A program made the translations under genes and the position numbers. Of a stretch of DNA of 64,000 nucleotides, positions 11,608 through 23,879 are shown one piece after another. The notes under the pieces were generated by a model that did not search any database, was not told the DNA's origin, and saw nothing but the letters and a program-made list of their open reading frames with translations. How positions within the stretch are numbered: the first letter of the stretch is position 1; each line of letters starts with the position of its first letter. Origin of the DNA: Selaginella moellendorffii. Taxonomy: Eukaryota; Plantae; Lycopodiophyta. The stretch spans positions 996,815-1,060,814 of the forward strand of contig NW_003314306.1 of NCBI RefSeq assembly GCF_000143415.4, written 5' to 3'.

Positions 11608-12430
11608 TCACGCTGCTGCGGCCGTGGTCTCCTTGTTCCACTTTAGAATTTGTGATCTTAGCAGGCAAAGCTCATGAACATGCTCTCCATCCGCGATCGC
11701 AGTCTTTGCGCTCCCTCGCCGCGGCCTTTGGAAGCCGCCGATAAGACTGCGCCACTTTCTGGCGGCACTCCAGTCTCCTGGTAGAAAAAGAAAAAGAAAA
11801 AACACAAAACAAAACCAAAGAACCTTTTTGCTTTCCCGTCAAGGCGAGCCTCGGTAATTTCTGGAATTCGTCTTCGCTGCTCAAGACGATTGTCGCTCAA
11901 TCCGGCAGCTCTTTAAACATCTACGACCACAAAACAAACGCGTGACCACCGTAGCAAAACATTTCACATACTTACTTTCATAAATCGTGATCATTCGAGC
12001 ATATCACGACAACAAAAACTATGAGGCGACATCCAAAGTGAAAACCATTTCTTCAGAACATCGAAAACAAGAACTTACATGAATAACTTTGCGCCATTGT
12101 TTCAACCTCTTTCTCCTCCAACCAAGAACACGAAGGAAAAAAAAAAACCTCTCCCCCAGATAGACGCAGAGAAAGAAAGCCCAAGCGCAGGCAGCAAGAA
12201 AGAAGAGACTTACCCGTGTAGCGTTTTGGAGCATTCCCTGGGATCCAATGGAGGCGGCCGAGCAAATGGGTCGGCGCTAAACCTTGCGAGGCGCGGCGGC
12301 GAGCACAGCCCAGTTCCCCAATCGCTGGAATCGGCGAGAGCGGCGGCCCCAAAAGCCTCCAAATCTTTGCTTGCCACCTTTTGCTAGACTAAACGAAGCG
12401 AGGGGACTAGCGCACCACCCTCGACGCCAT
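11608..12430 (-). other. Possible multi-exon gene or remnant of unknown function
   Basis: GC-rich segments with minus-strand gtaagt donors (~12213, ~12078) and a polypyrimidine acceptor (~11780). 11650-11780 resembles 23295-23400 on the plus strand (HELCLLRSQI vs DELCLLRSHF). Confidence 0.3.
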
Positions 12431-15400
12431 GGATGGTGGTGGTGGTGGACGCTTAAACTCACGCACACGCACACGGGGGCACACCACTTAATAGAAAGAA
12501 AGAGAAAGAAAGAAGAAACCCAACCCAACTCTCTCCTCTCTCTTTGAGTTGATGGCCTAACTCTCTAAGTAAGAGTGCGATGCACGACTTTCAACTCTAA
12601 CACGGGCAAACAATGGGAGAGAGAGAGCCCAAAAGGTAAGAAAAAAAAAAGATTGAGAAGAAAAAACGGCAAAAAGAAGAACAATGAGGGTTAAAATGTA
12701 TAAACCGACTTGGGTGGTGGAAATTATTTCCCCCCAGCGGTCCAATCCATGGTGGCTTAAGGTGAGATTAAAGGCTAATCACAATTAGCCGCGGGCCAAC
12801 GACTGCTATGTGCCACCGCCACCCTTCGGGAAAACAAATAGGATTTGTGTTAACCGAGGTGGAGTTTATTACCATTAGCGGGTGATTAGCGCCGCAGGCG
12901 TCAGATTGCTTTGCAGCAACGGTGAGGATTGGAGGGCGCCAGCGCTTTACAGGTCTACGTGTACGCTGCATGGACCAGGAAGCAAAAAGCAAAAAATAAT
13001 GCCTGCCTCTCTTTTATATGTTTCAAGCCTGCTAGTCTAAGGGTTTAACTACTATACTCACAATTATAGAATTAGGGCGATTATAAATAACATATTAACA
13101 TGTATATTTGCATCAGTAAGTTTATGCTTTTTGCCATAGACACTAAATAACAAATAGATTACAAACACTAGGAGAAGAATAAATGAAAAGTAATGAAAAT
13201 GTCTGTAAGTAAGGTAAAACTCTATTGAAGCATTAGATTTAGAATTGGGTTGCAAAATTGATAACAATGCATTTTATGTGTTATATAGGTTGTAATTGAT
13301 GAAGAGAGCACACAAGTGTTACACTATTTAAAAATTCAATACAAAGAAATACAAATAATGGATTTAATGAAACAAGAAGGGTCACCATAACTATGGTGAA
13401 GCAAAGTGTAGTTTATTTAAGCTAATATTAGGCTTAAACAAGCCTATATCATTTGAGAAGCGATTAAGCTTTCTTCTTTTCATTATTATTTTCCATTGTC
13501 TTTAACTAAGTTTTCATTCAAGGAGTAAATATTTGGTAATTAAGGTTTAGCAATGAAGTATATAAATAAGCAATATCAAAGTTTTTAAATTTGTAGAGTT
13601 TTAATAATGTATTTTCCTCCTTTTTGTTTATATCAGATTAAAAAGAAGAAAGTTCTTGATATCAAATGCTCTTTAAAAACAAAAAAAAAAAAAACCAAGG
13701 TAGGTTTAGGGTGTTCAAAGTGTTTATTATTTCCTCGTACTTTACAACCTTTTTGGATCTGACAAGTATTGAGCCTTGAAAGTTTATTTACTTCTAAGTG
13801 TTGATTTAATCTTTAATTGCAAATTTTGGTATTTTGTAAATTCACTAATTTAACAAAAGTTAATAGTTGTATAAAGGGTAGTTTAACTTGCTAAGAATGC
13901 ATAGTGATGGATTTATTAGACACACTCTAACTACACATGGTATGGACAAGCTCATCATTCTATTTTAGTATGTTCATCAACTCAGCCTGTTTATTATAAT
14001 ATGGACAAGTGCATCATTCCATCTTAGTATATTCATCAACTCAGCTTGTTTATTTTTCATTTATGTTTTACTAGGTTCATGATATACTTTAAGAGTATTC
14101 AATAAAAGTATCAAGAAAAATAGAATCTAACATGTGCATATTCTTCCTTAAAGAAGTAGAGTATATGGATTGCAAAACATATTATATTAATGAGATTATT
14201 ATAATAGTAGTTTAATATAATAAAATGTATTGAGAAACAAAGATTAATTATAGAGTGGATAAGTTTTTGCCTTTTATGAGTTGAATCTATTTTTATTCAA
14301 AGAGTTTTAAAGATTGCATTGATTAGCATTTGCTAAACAGTTTCTAGTCCATAACAATAAAGAGAAATTGTTGAACTTTATGAATCTCGCCAATTGATGA
14401 TATTAAATAAAGGGTAATATCACTTTTTCACTATGCATTTTTTGAATTTTTTTTGTAATGTTGGGTCATTAGGTTAGGGAAGAAGGTAGATATGATATTT
14501 AATTTTTTCTCATTCAAATAAGTCTTGTGAGAGTAAAATTTTCTTTACTATAAGAAAAAAATTGGACTGTAAAAGAGGATTTAAGTAGGAAAGAAGCATG
14601 CTAGGGTAATAAGTCTATTTCTCACGTCTTTATTTAAATCTTTGTAAATTTTCTAATTTCTTTCTTTTTTTGCAAAAATTTTAGATCTATGAATACTCTT
14701 CAATCCCAATATAAATCATAGATAAAAATGCTATGTTTTAAAGATTTTAAAGGGGAAAAGGGATTATGGGAATTAGCTTCTTTTAACACATATCAAAGAA
14801 ATATTAAGCCAACTTGAAGAATAAACAAAAATTTAATCTCAAAGAAGAAAGTTAACACACTTCATCCTATTGCTTTTTTTTTCAAATAAGGGAAAATATA
14901 ATTTTTTAAAGAAAATTATTCTTTTGGTAGAAAAATACATAAATCCAAGAAAAATAAGCTTAAGAAGCTAAAAAAAAAGGTATAATATAAAATGGTCTAA
15001 ACAATTTCTAAATTTAATTCAAATTTACATTTTCATCTTATAATCACTCTTTAACATCCTTATGATGCCTCAAAATATGAGGGAATACAATTTCTAATAT
15101 TCCTTCTTTGATCCCTATTAAGTTCCTTTTTTTTCACAACAATATTTATTAATTCTATTATTAAAATAGATTCAAAGACAATATAGATCTCTACATAATG
15201 CTTGAGTTAATAGGATTTAATGGATAGGTTTTTGGGCCCTCCTCACCACATAACTATACCCTTAGTTAGTAAATAAAAGGTCCATTCAATTTTTATTGAA
15301 TTCTCTAACCATGTAGATAGAGCAAGTTTCTGATAAAGTATACAAAATATCCAAATAATGCTACTCCCACTTGGATTGAGAGCATTAACTATTCAATCTT

Positions 15401-16726
15401 CTGGAGGAGTTAGAGTTGGCTATTAAACACTTTACCAAATCATTCAATTTATTTATTCATATTTAATTTAATTTTGGACTCTTTAATGTTTATATCATCA
15501 CCCACTATATGAAAATAATTTTTTTACATATTAGTTCTTTATAATCCTCCTTTTATTATCTCGTAGAGACTTATCAAACCCCTTAATGTTTGAGAAAAAT
15601 TGCTTCAGGCTTTCACCCCACCCTCGGATATGTTTGTCCCTAGATATATTAAGCCTTGAACTCAGTATTGGACATGGTTTAAGATTAGATCCTGGATTTA
15701 ATTTTAGCTTCAATTTTGGAGTTGCTTCAGACTTGGTTTTGAATTTGGTTTTGCACTCTATCTCAACACTTCTATATATTAAAAAAATTGCCACATGTTA
15801 GTCATTCTTTTGTTCTTTTTTAAAAACTCATTTATTAATTGTTTTGTGCTTATTCCTAACACTTCTTTAAAAGTTCACTTCCATTTTTGACATTTGAGTC
15901 AAAGCTTTTAGTCCAAATATGTTATACTCATTGAACTTTTACCTCAACCACTACCTTTCGACTTTACTTTGGGATTTAGAGATTTGTATTTTATAAATGT
16001 TTCATGACTAATTTAGTTTGATATCCAAGTAGTTTTTCCCTTAAGCCTCTAATATTACACCATGAATGCTGCCCTCTTCTTTATAGCCATGATATACACG
16101 AGTTATATATCAGACAATATTTAAGAGCTAATAAAACCTAAGTAAGATTTTAAAACTAAAATTCTATCACAATATTTAATTTTGTGTTTTTAATGGCTAT
16201 ATAAGATATAGAGAAACCAGTGCTATAAAGTTGGGNNNNNNNNNNNNNNNNNNNNNNNNNNNNNNNNNNNNNNNNNNNNNNNNNNNNNNNNNNNNNNNNN
16301 NNNNNNNNNNNNNNNNNNNNNNNNNNNNNNNNNNNNNNNNNNNNNNNNNNNNNNNNNNNNNNNNNNNNNNNNNNNNNNNNNNNNNNNNNNNNNNNNNNNN
16401 NNNNNNNNNNNNNNNNNNNNNNNNNNNNNNNNNNCATTTTAGTGTCATTCAAGTGTTCATCACTTTTTTCAATTTAAATCTAGCTATTTAGAGAAAAGGA
16501 ACTCATCCCATTGTTCTATTTCATTAATATTCTTGAGTTTAGAAAAGAACTTAATAAAACTATACAAATAAGTAGTTTGTTGAGTTCAACTATCTATTAA
16601 ATTGCATTTCATTATAGGGTCAAAAATATCTCGAGACCTATTGTTTTTAAAAGAAAAACATTCTTTTCCTTATGTTTCTTAGATTCTATCACAAGGTTTA
16701 TTCAATCAATTACAAAGCTCAATTAC

Positions 16727-16729
<3 letters not shown>

Positions 16730-16773
<44 letters not shown>
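16730..16773. repeat. (TA)n microsatellite, ~22 units
   Basis: Seen directly. Confidence 0.97.
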
Positions 16774-16776
<3 letters not shown>

Positions 16777-17122
16777 ACACTTCTTTTCATGGTAAAAAAA
16801 CAATAAAAAAACCAGTAAAATTATTTGTGGGAGCATATAATTACTTGACTAGGATCAATGTTGTAAACTATCATTGAGATTGTTTTAACAGATTTAAAAT
16901 TCATAAGTGTTATTGTGATGCAAAAGAAACACATGAGAAAAAAAAATTAAAAGTAACAAAAAGGGCTATAAGAAAAAAGGGAAAAAAATTAATAATAAGA
17001 AAGAAAGAAGCAACAATTGCCAAGAAAAAAGAGAGAGAAGTAGTAGTTGAAAAAGATAAAGTAATAAAGAAGAAAACATTAGAAGCTTTGGAAAAAAATG
17101 AGAAGAAAAAAAATTATAAAAA

Positions 17123-17425
17123 AACTAGTTTGTTGCATATTATATGCAACAACACTTGATTTTCTTAATAATAGTGTAATTCTTGTTTAGTATTATTTAA
17201 TAATATAATTGATCAATCAAAACTTTATAATTTAAAAATATAAGATTAATTTTATTGCACACCATTATATGGTAGAATAAAATAGAATATACTAGAAAGT
17301 GTTTAGAAAAAATTATAATTTATAAACATATTTATAAATTATAAATATAATATTAATTTAAATGACAAACAACTATTAAATAGTAGAATCTCCCAGAATA
17401 TATAAATATATTTTTGATGTATCTA
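17123..17425 (-). mobile_element. Decayed copy of the Helentron/HINE-like element at 39091-39420
   Basis: Collinear similarity (aattgatcaa...aagattaat.ttattgca...tagaataaaa.agaatatactagaaag...gtagaat.tcc.agaatat). Terminal hairpin gttgcatattatatgcaac. Confidence 0.6.
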
Positions 17426-17584
17426 TCAGCTCCCTCTCCTCGATAGAAAAATTTTGGATGTTAAGGGCTTTCTATTGAGTAAAGTTTCCTTGCATTTTTT
17501 CTTGCTAAACACCCAGCACCCATAGCTTATTATGAAGGTGGAGAAGGTTGGAAATGGTTCCTCCATGCTAGATGTGGCATTGGT

Positions 17585-18173
17585 ATGTCCTCTTCTTGGC
17601 AAGAAAGAATAAGAATTCTCACTCAAGCTAAAAGTTTATTCTATATTTGTGGCTATTGTAGGAGTGTTGGCATTGCTTTCATTAGCTTCGAGTTTACAAA
17701 TCTTTTTTCTGCCATCTTTATCAAGTGCAATATATGTCATCCAAGTGAAAAAGAGAGACTAAGGCATTTCTTTTTTCTCATATCTATCCCAGAGCAAGTT
17801 ACTAAGGCACTCAAGGAGCACAAAACAATGTTTGTGAGACTGGATGTATATATTAACTATGTAGGCATTGCTGAGCAAAGGGACTTCCTTAGCAATGCAA
17901 AATGGTGCAAGGCCTTGAGCGTGAACCTATCAAATGCACAATCCAAAAAATAAGTCTCAATTCTCACAATTTCCTCATTCCACATTCTTCAAGAGAGCAC
18001 ATTCTAGCCATAAGAATCTGATGCGGGAGAGGAAGAACATTGTGTTAAACTTAATGCTTTATGACTTTATGAGAGAAATGACAAGCTGTTTGGAAGCAAT
18101 TGAGGAGGATTGGGTGTCATATTTACACTTATTTCTCTGCTATGATCTAGATGAAGTGATGGGGAAGTTCTAG
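17585..18173 (+). mobile_element. Possible hAT transposase C-terminal (dimerisation domain) relic
   Basis: Broken frames give KWC...VSILTI / PHSTFFKRAHSSHKNL...R, loosely matching the hAT WW...ILSIPASS...ERxFS pattern. Weak. Confidence 0.3.
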
Positions 18174-18806
18174 AAGAAGAATTGAGTTCTAAATGAATGC
18201 ATATCAAATTTCATTACTACTACATCCAAAAATGAAAGTAAAGTGATGAAAAACTTTTTTCAACTTTGAAAGGGTAAGGTGTAAGCTTTATATATAAAGA
18301 ATGCTGAAAGTTATTGTGAGTATGGGATGGGTTTGGGTATCTGGGAGCTAGGATTGTATGTATCTAGGAAAGCCAATAGCAATGTTGTAGCATGTTTCTT
18401 TGATAAATTTAGTTACTTATCTTTTTTAGTCTAACAAGAGACAAAGTTTTCATAGACATTAGTATCCAGTTTAACTCTAGTTCAAAAAGCAATTTGCTCT
18501 TTACTGTGTTAATAAATTATGTTACTACTTTCTTTTGAAGTTTTCGACTACATAAACCTTTATTTATCATTATGTTTCTAATTACGCACTATTTTAAAAA
18601 AAGTGGTTCTAGCATAAATTTAAATAGCTATAAATATAACGAAACAAGCATTTGCTCCGTAACGAAAAAATCCAAATAAATAGGAATAAGAACCACCCCA
18701 GCAAGTTCTGGCCTGTTGAATTTTGGTTTGAAAATTTGGCTGAAGTGTCGGCGGTGTCCACGATGCGAGAGAACGCGTTCAAGCCCTAGCCAGCGTTCGA
18801 TCGCCA

Positions 18807-20289
18807 ATGCCAGAGGACGATGCATATCGATTCGAGGTTACGGGGCCAAAGCGCAAGCATTTCAACTGGTAAAGAATCTCGCCGCCCTAGCTGCATTGCT
18901 CTGTTTGAAGCGATTCTTGGCGGGCTGGGTGTGTGATTTTGGCAGTAGAATCCCGTTTCGATTGATTCCAATCGCCCCCGACAGAATTCTCAGCTACCCT
19001 AGGCTTGTCTTTGGATCATAGCCTTTCATTTGTCCCATTTTGGTGTCTCTTTCGTTCACTTGCGTGCTAAGGGCTGATTGATAAGTAGCTAGAGTTATTT
19101 CGATGGCTAGTCTTTAGTGGATTGGTCCTCACTTCTCCATTCTTTTTTTTTTGTTGTTTCGCAAAGCTTGCTTGGGCTTGAGTTCATTGTCTACTTTTTT
19201 GTTTCATTGCTGCTAAAGACTTGGTCCGGCTAGAGTTCTCGTCCTTTAAAAGCTTTTTATCTCGATTCCTCGCGAGTTCTTACCATACATTCTTTCCAGG
19301 GATGTTCCGGACGACAAAAGAGCAATCTTGGCATGCCTTGTGTCAAGCGTGTACTCACTCCAGCACGACAGATCGAAAAACTACACAGGAACTCCGCAAG
19401 CTCTCGCTCCTCCCTGGTGGACGTCCTTCAACTACGAGCTCCTCGACGTGATCCTCGGCAATGACAAGCTCCGGATCAACGGCGCAGTGTTCGTGTGGAA
19501 CTACAAAAACCACTGGAAGCCTGCCAGAGCTCCGATGGTGGTCCTGGCGCTCAGAGGCACGGACAGCCTAACCAGCGACCTCATCGTCGACTTCAAGATC
19601 GCCAACCAGGAGCTTTACAAGACGCTCTCCGAAACGCCGTCGCATGGCATGGCAAGGACAACGTTTGCATCACGGGGCACTCGCTCGGAGCAGCGGTGGC
19701 GCTCTCCGCCGCTCGGATGATGGCATCGCAGGGCCAGTTCGTCGAGGCTCATCTCTTCAATCCTCCATTCTCGTCCTCGACCGCTCCATACAAGTCACTC
19801 TTCGGTGCTGAGACTTACAGCAATCTCCAAGAGGTTTACACCGTTGCAAAGGCCGGGCTCGTCAACTTACTGGTGGATGCCGCAAAGAGAAGGGAGTCCG
19901 AGGCAGAGTTTGCGGCACTTGGAAGCTGGTACCCGGACATGTATGTTCATCCCAGTGATCCGGTATGCTCGGGCTTTCTCGAGCACTTCAAGAACTATCA
20001 GTATATGCTACAGGGGAAGTACGCGAGATTGGCGATGCCTCACGAATCCATCCGGGGCGTGCTCTGCTCCTCCAAAGCGAAGCCGCATCACCTCCTCCCC
20101 TCGGCAAGGCTTCACGTCCCAGCGGATGAAGGCAAAGCTGCGAGTGCTCGAGACGCTCATTCTCTTACACAGTGGTGGTCGGATGGAGCAGTCGTTCAGG
20201 TGCAATTTGTCAACTTGACAGGTCAAGAACACTTGGATCATCCGCTGCAAATCCCGTTTGGGGGGATAAGCTACGAAGCTATGGTGTAG
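18807..20289 (+). pseudogene. Class-3 lipase (At4g10955-like), copy 2: two exons, frameshifted
   Basis: Exon 1 18807-18868 (MPEDDAYRFEVTGPKRKHFN-W), intron 18869-19299, exon 2 from 19300. A 25-bp deletion at ~19623 shifts the frame upstream of GHSLG. Confidence 0.85.
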
Positions 20290-20779
20290 TACGCGGCTAT
20301 GACTTCATGGTACATATTTTCTCTGTGCTCAAAGAACCCACCCGAGAAAAAAGTTTTTATTTTTCCTGTGCTAGACCAAGGTTTGAAGAGAACGCGGCGT
20401 GTTTTCGACGTTCAATCTGACTGGAAGAACGTCACAGGTGGATGTTTACCACGTCATGACTTTACAATGAACACTTTCATTGTCTGCTCGAGCCAAAGCC
20501 TTCAAAGTACGTTTGCTCGCGTTTGTTTTTGTTAGATGGTTAAAGAGAGAAAAATGCCGGATAATGAGGGTTGGCGGTTTCAACAAGAGAAGCACAAGCC
20601 CAGTGAGGACAGATAGTGGGAATAACTTCAGAAAGAAGAAGCTGAGCTTCCCGAAAATGAGATTTTTTCGTCACTCTTTAGGTTATGAGAAGGGTTTACT
20701 CGTGGTAATCTTGTCAGTTCCTTTTGGGGCTCATCCTTTTGCAGTACTATAAGGTACTCTTCTAGGGATTGCCCTTGTG

Positions 20780-22005
20780 ATGAAGAAACAAGCGCCTGTG
20801 TTGCTGCAAGACGACACTTTGGAGACGGTTCTCAGCTATGTGGACCTGGCCACACTAGCGACCTCATGCTCCGCCGTTTGCAAGTCATGGAACGCCATCA
20901 TCGGCGATCCATCCTTTCGCCGCCGCTGGTGCCAAAACAGTGGCCACAAGGAATCCTTGCGGCTTATGACTAGCTCCTTCGACTACGGCGAGCGTTGCCA
21001 CGCCTGGGATCCATCACGGCCCCAACGCAGCGTGGAGTTTCCGTTGCCCCACAAAACGGAAGAATTTCCTAACGCTCAAGTGGTTGCTTCCGCGGGTGGC
21101 CTGGTATGCGTCTTCAGGACGCACAGGGGCATGGTTGATCCTGCTGATGATGTGTTTCACCTGGTGGTGGGGAATCCAGTGACCCAAGAGTGGAGCGAAC
21201 TACCACCGCTCCATTGGGAGGACAGAGAAAGATGCACTTTAGCGGGAGTGATCGACTTTGCCATGTTCGTCGACAAGAATGGCTTCAAAGTCGGTCTGCA
21301 CTACACCGCTGTCGACTTCTCAGGCCACTGGTGCTGCATCTACGACTCGGCAACGCGCTCCTGGTCTTCTCTCCCCAAGCTCCCGTTCTCGCCAGCCTAC
21401 GTCAAAATGAAGGCGCAGCGGCTTTCAGATTACAGCGTGGACATGGCACCCCCTGCTGTATTCCCAGGCTTGGACGATTACTTCTACGATCTCACCATCC
21501 TGGGATTTTACGACTTTGGCCGCGCCAGGTGGAGCACCGGCGCAGCCTGAGGATTACAACAGGCCTGGAAGACAAGGTTGACCCGGATGGAGAGATCCTG
21601 CGCTGCGTTTTGCCGTTCCCGGGACTGTGCACCGCGAGGCTGTGGGAGTACAATGGCCAGCGATACCTGGCAAGTGGCTGGGTGTATGCGGGAGGCTACC
21701 GCGAGTCAGGGGTGTCCGGAGTTGATGGCTATGGCGTGTGGAAGGTTGACGACAAGGGTGGCTTGGTTGCCGTCTCTGCAAAGACCCATAAATCGATCCT
21801 TCGTCAAGTGTACGCTGGGCAGCGCTCTATGGGAGCGGTTTTCCGTTGTTCTGTTCATGCAGAGGCCAATCTGGTGATCTTTTCAGAGACAGGGCTCATG
21901 TTTGTTTACGACTTGAGCACAGGGGATTGGGGCGGAGTAGGGGGGCACGTAGATGAATATTCAAAAGCAGTGATTTTTCGCCCGTCCCTCAGGGCACCTA
22001 GATGA
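20780..22005 (+). pseudogene. F-box protein copy 2, frameshifted
   Basis: Near-identical to 10025-11260 but lacks 10 bp (ggaagtcgtg) at ~21540, giving a stop at 21550. The remainder continues in another frame. Confidence 0.88.
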
Positions 22006-22053
22006 TCCAGAAAGGAGGATGAACGCCACACAAACAGGTATTGTTAATCCTGA

Positions 22054-22831
22054 NNNNNNNNNNNNNNNNNNNNNNNNNNNNNNNNNNNNNNNNNNNNNNN
22101 NNNNNNNNNNNNNNNNNNNNNNNNNNNNNNNNNNNNNNNNNNNNNNNNNNNNNNNNNNNNNNNNNNNNNNNNNNNNNNNNNNNNNNNNNNNNNNNNNNNN
22201 NNNNNNNNNNNNNNNNNNNNNNNNNNNNNNNNNNNNNNNNNNNNNNNNNNNNNNNNNNNNNNNNNNNNNNNNNNNNNNNNNNNNNNNNNNNNNNNNNNNN
22301 NNNNNNNNNNNNNNNNNNNNNNNNNNNNNNNNNNNNNNNNNNNNNNNNNNNNNNNNNNNNNNNNNNNNNNNNNNNNNNNNNNNNNNNNNNNNNNNNNNNN
22401 NNNNNNNNNNNNNNNNNNNNNNNNNNNNNNNNNNNNNNNNNNNNNNNNNNNNNNNNNNNNNNNNNNNNNNNNNNNNNNNNNNNNNNNNNNNNNNNNNNNN
22501 NNNNNNNNNNNNNNNNNNNNNNNNNNNNNNNNNNNNNNNNNNNNNNNNNNNNNNNNNNNNNNNNNNNNNNNNNNNNNNNNNNNNNNNNNNNNNNNNNNNN
22601 NNNNNNNNNNNNNNNNNNNNNNNNNNNNNNNNNNNNNNNNNNNNNNNNNNNNNNNNNNNNNNNNNNNNNNNNNNNNNNNNNNNNNNNNNNNNNNNNNNNN
22701 NNNNNNNNNNNNNNNNNNNNNNNNNNNNNNNNNNNNNNNNNNNNNNNNNNNNNNNNNNNNNNNNNNNNNNNNNNNNNNNNNNNNNNNNNNNNNNNNNNNN
22801 NNNNNNNNNNNNNNNNNNNNNNNNNNNNNNN
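22054..22831. other. Assembly gap (other gaps: 16236-16434, 24865-25453, 27414-27513)
   Basis: Runs of N. Confidence 1.
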
Positions 22832-23879
22832 GCGCATACGGATCAGATGTCCGAGCAAACAAGAAGCGGAGCACCTCTCGATGCACCGGATCAGGTTCCT
22901 GGAAAGATGAGTTAAATGAAAGAGAAAGAGCAAAGCAAGAAAAGCGAAAGTGAACCTTACAAGCAACAAGTTGTAGAGACGAGTGAGCAAGTCAGCTCCC
23001 TTCAGGAAAGCCTTGAGTTTCTCCAGCATTTCATCGCCGGTGGTGGTAAATGCTGTTTTCTCTTCCTCGTCATGGCCACCTATGGAACAAATCCTCTTGA
23101 GAGCCTGTAGCTGCACCCTCAGCTCCTCGGTGTGGATAGTCCTCACGGCCGAAGCAAACGCCTGATTCAGGAGCCACGGACGAGCGTCGCCAGCCTTCCT
23201 CCTGTGAAAGCCGAGGAAGAAGTCTGCAAACCGATCGAGCTGGTGCCTGTGCCATCCCCCTCGAGCAAAACACGAGTAGCTTGGCCAAAGCACTGGCGCT
23301 GGATGAGAGCCGCCAGTGAGTGAGCAGTGTTATCGACGGCAAAAGCCCTGGAAGTTCCTGGAGATCCTTGACGAGCTTTGCCTCCTAAGATCACATTTTC
23401 TTCGCAAATTAACTAGATACTAAACGATTGAAGGAGCCTACACTGGAACCTATGTACTTACTGCCTCCGCACCGAAGATCTCACACTGCTGGGAGAAGCG
23501 TGGCGAGTTTTGCGTCCGTTGAGCGACAAAAGAAGAGACCAACGAACCTTCTCTTCTGGAAGAATAAAGCTCCCTCCATTCGTGGGACACAACACAGTTT
23601 CTGTTTTCGTTTTCTTCCCACTACAAACGAAAAATAAGTAAAAAGACCAACAAAAACCTTACTTGCTTAACAGTACCTGAGTGAGCTCCACATGGAACCA
23701 AGAGCGCTGTGAAACTCAGCATGGCCAATCCAGGCCACTTCCAATGTTTTGAAGTAATAACTACCTTTGAGGCTCTTGGTGCTGGTGAAGGCTACCTTTG
23801 TCCGCACTGTTGCTCACAAGGAACATGAGTTCACAGCCAGAGGATTCAAGTTACCAAAAAAAGTAAAAGGTTTAAAGTA

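Larger units (their letters stand above)
13050..18620. mobile_element. Long AT-rich, CpG-depleted decayed transposon-like region
   Basis: Almost no CpG, no credible long ORF, sharp compositional borders with genic DNA. Family not identifiable for most of it. Confidence 0.5.

Noticed and set aside
13700-16200. Specific LINE/LTR reverse transcriptase or endonuclease call
   Set aside because: Too decayed; no diagnostic motif such as YADD/YVDD could be read with confidence.
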